Positions 58,243 to 64,000 of a DNA stretch of 64,000 nucleotides are shown piece after piece. The stretch is taken from assembly GCA_036276755.1 (NCBI GenBank), contig DASUOG010000005.1, forward strand, positions 13,777 through 77,776. Reading direction: 5' to 3'. The position numbers and the translations under genes were made by a program. Below the pieces are notes generated by a model that was not told the DNA's origin, ran no database searches, and saw only the letters and a program-made list of their open reading frames with translations. Source of the DNA: Candidatus Saccharimonadales bacterium. Lineage in GTDB: Bacteria > Patescibacteriota > Saccharimonadia > Saccharimonadales > 2-12-FULL-41-12. The first letter of the stretch is position 1. Every line of letters starts with the position of its first letter.

Positions 58243-58866
58243 TTAGCTCTCCTTTCCCGGACCACCTTTTGGCTTCTCAAAAGGCATTCCGAATTTAGTT
58301 AATAAGGCTTTATTATGCTCCACATTATCCGAATCCGTAACGATTATGACCTGCAAGCCGTGAGATACCGTAGTCTCTTCAAATGATAACTCCGGAAATA
58401 TCGATTGCTCCGTCAAACCGATGCTGTAGTTGCCCTGACCGTCGAACGATTTGAGGCTTACGCCATGGAAATCCCTAAGCCGCGGCAATACGATGTTTAT
58501 CAGCCTGTCCAGGAATTCATACATCCTGACGTCTCTTAAGGTAACCTTGAGACCGACCTTGTTGCCCTCCCTGAGCTTAAAAGAAGCGATGCTCATGCGG
58601 GCATAAGTCTCACTCGGTTTTTGCCCGGTAATCTTAAGCAGTGTATTGTTCGCGGCTTCAAACGCCCTCTTATCATCCTTCGCTCTTCCCAAACCGATAT
58701 TGATAACTATTTTTTCCAGTTTCGGTACCTGGTAAATGTTATCCAGCTTAAGCTCTTCCTTCAGCTCCGAAACATATTTATTGACATACAGATCCTTAAG
58801 CCTGGCTGTTTGCGGGAGCGCGATCTTGGTCTGTTTGGTGTCTTTCGTGTCAGTCGCCGGGGTCAT
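58243..58866 (-). CDS. rplE: 50S ribosomal protein L5
   Basis: [23 protein letters not shown]. Confidence 0.97.
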   Translation of the reverse strand: MTPATDTKDTKQTKIALPQTARLKDLYVNKYVSELKEELKLDNIYQVPKLEKIVINIGLGRAKDDKRAFEAANNTLLKITGQKPSETYARMSIASFKLREGNKVGLKVTLRDVRMYEFLDRLINIVLPRLRDFHGVSLKSFDGQGNYSIGLTEQSIFPELSFEETTVSHGLQVIIVTDSDNVEHNKALLTKFGMPFEKPKGGPGKES

Positions 58867-59210
58867 TTGATCTCCTTTCCGGAACGTTTATAGATGCGCA
58901 CTTTGTTGCCGGGTTTGGTGAACGTATATCCTATGCGGCTGGGTTTTTTGCCGGTCGGGTCGATAATCGCCACTTTGCTAACCCAGATCGGCTTGGTAAC
59001 TTCGATTATGCCGCCTTGCGGATATTGCCGGTTGGGCTTGACCGATTTTTTAACGACATTTATTCCTTCGACGGTCACCTTGTTCTCAAGCGGATGAACG
59101 TTCTGAATCACACCGGTCTCGCCTTTGTATTTGCCGGACAAAACGACGACCTTGTCGCCTTTTTTCAATCGGATTTTATATGCCGGTTTGCTTTGTAATT
59201 TTTTGCTCAT
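58863..59210 (-). CDS. rplX: 50S ribosomal protein L24
   Basis: KKGDKV.V..GK.KG, VEGIN, GGIIE. Confidence 0.96.
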   Translation of the reverse strand: MSKKLQSKPAYKIRLKKGDKVVVLSGKYKGETGVIQNVHPLENKVTVEGINVVKKSVKPNRQYPQGGIIEVTKPIWVSKVAIIDPTGKKPSRIGYTFTKPGNKVRIYKRSGKEIK

Positions 59211-59578
59211 TACAGTACCTCCGGCGCAAGACTGATTATCTTATTGTAGCCTTTGTCGCGTAACTCCCGTGGTACAGGTCCGAAAATACGGGTGGCCTTG
59301 GGTAGTTTGTCTTCACCGATTACTACAGCGGCATTGTCATCAAAAACTATGGATGAACCGTCGCGCCTATTGATCGAATTGCGGGTACGTACGATAACGG
59401 CTCTGACCACGGACTTCTTTTTGACATTTCCATTCGGACTGGCTTGCTTAACGGACGCGACTATCACGTCGCCCACACGGGCATAACGCCGTCTGGTACC
59501 GCCAAGCACCCGTATGCACAGCAGTTCTTTGGCGCCGCTGTTATCACAAACGCTCACGCGTGATTCCTGCTGTATCAT
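59210..59578 (-). CDS. rplN: 50S ribosomal protein L14
   Basis: DNSGAK, FDDNAAV, SLAPEVL. Confidence 0.97.
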   Translation of the reverse strand: MIQQESRVSVCDNSGAKELLCIRVLGGTRRRYARVGDVIVASVKQASPNGNVKKKSVVRAVIVRTRNSINRRDGSSIVFDDNAAVVIGEDKLPKATRIFGPVPRELRDKGYNKIISLAPEVL

Positions 59579-59991
59579 TTGGCATCCTCCTTTGGCGGTT
59601 CTTCGGTCTTGCGATTTGAATCTTGAGATTTTTTATGAGAAGTTTTTTTACTTATGTCCTTAACCTCACGTTTTGTATCTTTCCCGTCTTTCTTGGGTTC
59701 ATCCGGAGTTCCGTTTTCGGTTTCCAGAGCTTTCAAATCTTCTTGCGTCAGGGTGGCTCTTTCTAAAATCTTGTCCAGCTTGAATCGTTTGCGCGCCGAG
59801 ATAGGACGGGTCTCAACTATTCTGACCCGATCGCCGACTTTGCAAGAATTCTCTTCGTCATGAGCCATGAATTTTTTGGTAACGGTGTATTGCTTCTTAT
59901 ACAAAGGGTGGGTTTTTCGGGTATTCACAGCAATGACCGCGGTCTTGTCCGGGGCTGTGGAAGTAACTTCACCGATCAGTGTCTTTCCCAT
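59575..59991 (-). CDS. rpsQ: 30S ribosomal protein S17 (C-terminal extension)
   Basis: HPLYKK, AHDE, GD.V.I.ETRPIS. Confidence 0.96.
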   Translation of the reverse strand: MGKTLIGEVTSTAPDKTAVIAVNTRKTHPLYKKQYTVTKKFMAHDEENSCKVGDRVRIVETRPISARKRFKLDKILERATLTQEDLKALETENGTPDEPKKDGKDTKREVKDISKKTSHKKSQDSNRKTEEPPKEDAK

Positions 59992-60195
59992 TTAAATCTT
60001 CTCCTTTTGTAATTGTTCACTCATAACCGTCAACATCCTTGCCAGATTTTTCCGCTTGTCGCGAATCATCCTGACGTTGGTATTTTCACCTATATGTACG
60101 CTGCGGCGCAGTTCGGCGATCTCTTGCCGAGTTTGCTCGATATTCTTAACCAACTGCGCGGTATCCATCTTTCTGACTTCAGCGATCTTCATCAT
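59992..60195 (-). CDS. rpmC: 50S ribosomal protein L29
   Basis: Position between rplP and rpsQ; R..LAR.LT motif. Confidence 0.9.
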   Translation of the reverse strand: MMKIAEVRKMDTAQLVKNIEQTRQEIAELRRSVHIGENTNVRMIRDKRKNLARMLTVMSEQLQKEKI

Positions 60196-60605
60196 TCACC
60201 CTCCCGTACGATAAATCTTGTCTTAACGGGTAGTTTGTGGCCGGCCAGCCGCATAGCTTCGCGGGCGACTTCTTCGCTTACTCCCTGCATCTCAAAGAGC
60301 ACGGTGCCTTTTCTAACCTTGGCTACAAAATATTCCGGGGAACCCTTGCCGCCGCCCATTTTAAGGCCTAAAGGTTTCTTGGTCACAGGCGTATGGGGAA
60401 AGATGCGTATCCAGATCTTGCCGCCTCGTTTTATATAGCGCGTCATCGCCTGGCGGGCGGACTCTATCTGGCGGCTTGTAACCCGCTCCTGTCCTAAAGA
60501 TTGCAAAGCGTATTGGCCAAAAGCTATCGTGTTGCTGCGGGTAGCCGGACCTTTGATGCGGCCTTTGCGTACTCTCCGGTATTGCAGTTTGTTAGGAATA
60601 AGCAT
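60192..60605 (-). CDS. rplP: 50S ribosomal protein L16
   Basis: RQIESAR, WIRIFP, MGGGKG. Confidence 0.97.
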   Translation of the reverse strand: MLIPNKLQYRRVRKGRIKGPATRSNTIAFGQYALQSLGQERVTSRQIESARQAMTRYIKRGGKIWIRIFPHTPVTKKPLGLKMGGGKGSPEYFVAKVRKGTVLFEMQGVSEEVAREAMRLAGHKLPVKTRFIVREGE

Positions 60606-61234
60606 TATACCGCATCCCCTTTATAGATCCACACCTTTACGCCAATGATACCCGCCGGCGTACGGGCTTTCGCTAAGGCATAATCTATATCCGCTCTTAT
60701 GGTATGCAATGGGACACTTCCGGCGACTTCTTTTTCGCGACGACTCATCTCAGCTCCGTTGAGGCGGCCGGCTACCTCTATGCGCACGCCCTTGGCTCCG
60801 GCCCGCATAGTAGCGGCGGCCGATTGTTTGATAGCCCGACGGAAGGATATCCGCCGCTCCAACTGGTGCGCGATATTCTCAGCTACGAGCTTCGCATAAA
60901 GTTCAGCCTTTTTGATCTCTTCGATATTTATCCGCGCGGGCACACCGTAAATTTTCTCAATCTTATCTTTGAGAATCTGCGCGCCGGCTCCACCACGACC
61001 GATGACTACTCCGGCCTTAGCCGTAGTAAGCGTTACGGTTACCAGGTTTGGCGAACGCTCTATGTCAACCTTGTTAATAGCTGCCCGTGGGCCAAGCTCG
61101 GTTTTTATAAGCTGTCGTACTTTTAGGTCCTGCTTCAGGTAACCCGCATATTCCTTTTTGTTTGCGAACCATTTGCTTCGCCACTGCTTATTTACCTGAA
61201 GGCGGAAACTTACCGGATTTACTTTCTGACCCAT
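60605..61234 (-). CDS. rpsC: 30S ribosomal protein S3
   Basis: MGQKVNP..FRL, GRLNGAE, VPLHT.RADIDY. Confidence 0.97.
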   Translation of the reverse strand: MGQKVNPVSFRLQVNKQWRSKWFANKKEYAGYLKQDLKVRQLIKTELGPRAAINKVDIERSPNLVTVTLTTAKAGVVIGRGGAGAQILKDKIEKIYGVPARINIEEIKKAELYAKLVAENIAHQLERRISFRRAIKQSAAATMRAGAKGVRIEVAGRLNGAEMSRREKEVAGSVPLHTIRADIDYALAKARTPAGIIGVKVWIYKGDAV

Positions 61235-61235
61235 G

Positions 61236-61625
61236 TTACTTAGTCTCCTTCTTTTTATCGGTTTTCTTGGCAGCGGGTTTCTTGGGCGGCTTCGGTTCAC
61301 CCTCGACTTCTACGAAGATATGGCTTGATTTCTTCTGGTATGGTAGGGCTCTGCCGTGCGCGGCCGGCCGCCAGCGTTTTAACCGTGGGCCGGGTGTGAC
61401 TGAAATCTTGGAAAGCACCAGTGTAGCGACTTGCAGGTTATGGTTATTTTCGGCATTAGCTTTAGCGCTCTCTATAACTTTTTTTACCGGCAGACTGGCA
61501 TGCCTCGGAGTGTGTTCAAGTATGGTTATCGCATCGCTTACGCTTCTACCGCGTACCAAACCGGCAACCACACCGATTTTCCTCGGACTCATCCTGACTG
61601 ATTTGGCGCTTGCTTTTACAACCAC
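61236..61625 (-). CDS. rplV: 50S ribosomal protein L22
   Basis: SPRK, SA.ANAENN, GRA....K.SSHI. Confidence 0.97.
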   Translation of the reverse strand: MVVKASAKSVRMSPRKIGVVAGLVRGRSVSDAITILEHTPRHASLPVKKVIESAKANAENNHNLQVATLVLSKISVTPGPRLKRWRPAAHGRALPYQKKSSHIFVEVEGEPKPPKKPAAKKTDKKKETK

Positions 61626-61904
61626 TTAAGACTCCTGTCCTTTCGCGAGCTTACCGCCGTGTTTCCTAAATTTCCGGGTAGGCGCGAATTCGCCAAGCTT
61701 GTGTCCGACCATGTTCTCAGTAATGAATACCGGTATATGGCTCTTGCCGTTATGTACGGCGATGGTCCGGCCGACGAACTCCGGCGGAATAGCGCTGTAT
61801 CTTGCCCAGGTCTTAACCACGGTCCTATCATCCTTACCAAGAACCGAAATTTTCTTGGCAAGTTTCGGGTCTACAAACGGTCCTTTTTTAAGCGATCTAC
61901 TCAT
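61626..61904 (-). CDS. rpsS: 30S ribosomal protein S19
   Basis: [23 protein letters not shown]. Confidence 0.97.
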   Translation of the reverse strand: MSRSLKKGPFVDPKLAKKISVLGKDDRTVVKTWARYSAIPPEFVGRTIAVHNGKSHIPVFITENMVGHKLGEFAPTRKFRKHGGKLAKGQES

Positions 61905-61912
61905 ATTTCAAC

Positions 61913-62767
61913 CTATCTCCTCTTGCCTTTATGGCGGCTTCTTACTATGTATTTATCGGTGCTTTTTCGTCTTCTAGTTTTAAAACCTAAAGTTTTTTGA
62001 CCCCATGGTGTTTTAGGCGCGGCTCCGTGGTTCTTGCCGCCGCCGATTCCGTGCCTACCGCCATCGCCGCCACCGTGCGGGTGGTCTGCTGCGTTCATCA
62101 CGACACCGCGGACGGACGGGCGTATGCCCTTGTGTCGATTTCGACCGGCTTTGCCGACCTTGATATTTTGGTGTTGCTCATTACCGATAACACCTATGGA
62201 TGCCCTGCACTCCAAATTGACAAGTCTGACTTCTCCGCTGGGTAGGCGCAACTGGGCGTAACCGCTGTCCTTGGCCATAAGCCGGGCCCCAGTACCAGCG
62301 CTTCTGACCAGTTGGGCGCCCTTGCCGGGTTCAAGCTCGACAGCGTGCACAACACTGCCGGGAGGTATATTCGCCAGCTTCAAGCGATTCCCGTTTTGGA
62401 TAGGCGCTTCATCGCCAATTTTGACCGTTTTGCCGGGTTTCATAGCCGATGAGGCCAGTATGTAGTGGCTTTTACCCGTCTCGTCCTTGACCCGGGCTAT
62501 CCGGGCACTCCGGTTAGGGTCATATTCGATCTGTTCGACTTTAAGTTTGACATCATGGGCAAACTTGAAATTGACCAAACGATAGAATTTTTTCGCACCG
62601 CCGCCTTTGTGGCGGGTCGTGATACGGCCCTGGTTGTTTCTGCCGCTTTTTTGCTTCTTGACCTTGAGCAATGATTTCAACGGCTTTTTGGCGGTAACAT
62701 CATCGAGATTCTGCGTCGTCATACCGCGGCGCCCCGGAGTAGTGGGGTTGTATGTTCTAATAGCCAC
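61913..62767 (-). CDS. rplB: 50S ribosomal protein L2
   Basis: EYDPNRSA, RP.VRG.VMN..DHPHGGG, TPWG. Confidence 0.97.
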   Translation of the reverse strand: MAIRTYNPTTPGRRGMTTQNLDDVTAKKPLKSLLKVKKQKSGRNNQGRITTRHKGGGAKKFYRLVNFKFAHDVKLKVEQIEYDPNRSARIARVKDETGKSHYILASSAMKPGKTVKIGDEAPIQNGNRLKLANIPPGSVVHAVELEPGKGAQLVRSAGTGARLMAKDSGYAQLRLPSGEVRLVNLECRASIGVIGNEQHQNIKVGKAGRNRHKGIRPSVRGVVMNAADHPHGGGDGGRHGIGGGKNHGAAPKTPWGQKTLGFKTRRRKSTDKYIVRSRHKGKRR

Positions 62768-63265
62768 TTACTTGCTCCTTCCTAGCCGGAATTTTCTCTT
62801 GGGTTTTACTTGCTTGTCCTGCTTGGGGGTCTCATCTACAGACGTGGTTTTCGCTGCTTTTTCTTCGGCTTTCTTAGCCTTTTTTTCAGCCTCTTCGATA
62901 CTGGCAAAGACCGGGATCGACTCGCCGGCTTTTATCCGCACATATGCTTTTTTGATATCGGGTCGCTTGCCCTGTACTATTTTGCGCGAGCCGCCGATCC
63001 TGATCGAACGGGCCTGTTTGCCTTTTATGACCGCTATCCTGACATTTTCGACTTTAACGTCAAACTGCGCGGCGACCGCTCTTGCCACAGTCACCTTGTT
63101 GGCGGTTTTAGGCACATCAAAGGCGTAAGTATTTACTTCTTGGCTTTGGCCGTAGGCCTTTTCGCTCATTCTCGGCTTTAGTGTCAGGGTATTGATTACC
63201 TTTTTGGAAGCCTTGACTGCGGTTTTACCCGCCGGTTGTTTTTCGGTGGTTTTTGCAGAACTCAT
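62768..63265 (-). CDS. rplW: 50S ribosomal protein L23 (N- and C-terminal extensions)
   Basis: P..SEKA, ANK, F.VKV, KKAYV. Confidence 0.95.
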   Translation of the reverse strand: MSSAKTTEKQPAGKTAVKASKKVINTLTLKPRMSEKAYGQSQEVNTYAFDVPKTANKVTVARAVAAQFDVKVENVRIAVIKGKQARSIRIGGSRKIVQGKRPDIKKAYVRIKAGESIPVFASIEEAEKKAKKAEEKAAKTTSVDETPKQDKQVKPKRKFRLGRSK

Positions 63266-63936
63266 TTGCCAGCCTCCGTCTTAACAGCGGTCCGCTTCGT
63301 TTTGCTAGCCAGCCATTCCGATATGAGCTCGAGTGAATCCTTGGTAATCACGATTGTATCGGCGTTTAGCAGTCCATAGACGTTCAAGTATCGGGCATTG
63401 ACCAGTTTGACATTGGGCAGGTTGTTTACCGACCTTGCGGTCTTTTCGTCGGTTTCATCGGTGATAATCAGGACTTTCCCTTGGACATCCAATTTATTGA
63501 GCAATTTCACGGCTTTGGCGGTTTTACCGTCTTTGCTATCAAACTTGTCGATGATTTTAATCCTGGACTCACCGGCCGCCAGACTCAGAGCCTGCTTGAC
63601 CGCCAGTCTGTTGGCCTTGCGGTTTGTTTTCTTCGAATAATTTTCTACACCCCTGGGGCCGAAAATTATGCCGCCTCCACGCCAGATGGGGTTATAACGC
63701 GAACCGAAACGAGCCCGGCCGGTGCCTTTTTGCCGCCACGGTTTCTTGGTGCTGCCCTTTACTTCGCCCCTTGTTTTGGTCTTTGCCAAATTAACGCGCC
63801 CATTGTCTAAAAAAGCTCCGTAGGCATACTTTAGCAGCGTATGGTCGGCCACATCCAACCCGAATACCGCTTTGTCCAGCGGAGTCCTGGTGGAGGATTT
63901 GGTACCCGAAGCGGAATATGAAACAGCGTTGGCCAT
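63262..63936 (-). CDS. rplD: 50S ribosomal protein L4
   Basis: TKTRGEV, KPWRQKGTGRAR.GS, GGG..FGP. Confidence 0.97.
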   Translation of the reverse strand: MANAVSYSASGTKSSTRTPLDKAVFGLDVADHTLLKYAYGAFLDNGRVNLAKTKTRGEVKGSTKKPWRQKGTGRARFGSRYNPIWRGGGIIFGPRGVENYSKKTNRKANRLAVKQALSLAAGESRIKIIDKFDSKDGKTAKAVKLLNKLDVQGKVLIITDETDEKTARSVNNLPNVKLVNARYLNVYGLLNADTIVITKDSLELISEWLASKTKRTAVKTEAGK

Positions 63937-64000
63937 TATTCAACACCTCTCACGACGATGATGCTTTTTTTGGGACCCGGTACGGCACCTAAGACACCTA
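63936..64000 (-). CDS. rplC: 50S ribosomal protein L3, 3' end only
   Basis: ...GVLGAVPGPKKSIIVVRGVE*; upstream of rplD. Confidence 0.85.
   Translation of the reverse strand, partial: GVLGAVPGPKKSIIVVRGVE

Overview
This is bacterial chromosomal DNA using genetic code 11, most likely from a Patescibacteria/CPR genome resembling Candidatus Saccharibacteria. That placement is inferred from the lack of rpmD between rpsE and rplO, the absence of adk/map after secY, long charged extensions on ribosomal proteins and many apparently leaderless genes. Left to right the window holds: purC/purB and carAB; a four-gene alginate-like exopolysaccharide operon (short GDP-mannose/UDP-glucose dehydrogenase, GT2-LysM synthase, LysM-AlgG-like epimerase, PL7 lyase) followed by a class F sortase and its likely substrate; envelope genes; a cysS-nrnA-recR-ybaB-dnaB-dnaX block; rplL/rplJ; a pyrimidine deoxynucleotide cluster; rplA-rplK-nusG-secE; glnA; five tRNAs (one near 16.3 kb, four at 42-44 kb); and the S10-spc-alpha ribosomal superoperon with trpS and a lone hisA. 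Three observations stand out. (1) The operon looks like a monoderm, LysM-anchored alginate pathway. (2) The ThyA homologue carries dCMP-specificity residues (Asn->Asp, His->Pro) and sits beside a Tmk-ThyX fusion, a dCMP deaminase and a Dcd-like protein lacking its deaminase Glu. (3) A ~53-bp hairpin element occurs twice, each time between duplicated 24-25 bp 3' ends of unrelated genes (rplL and tRNA-Thr). All assignments are by eye from motifs; no searches were run.
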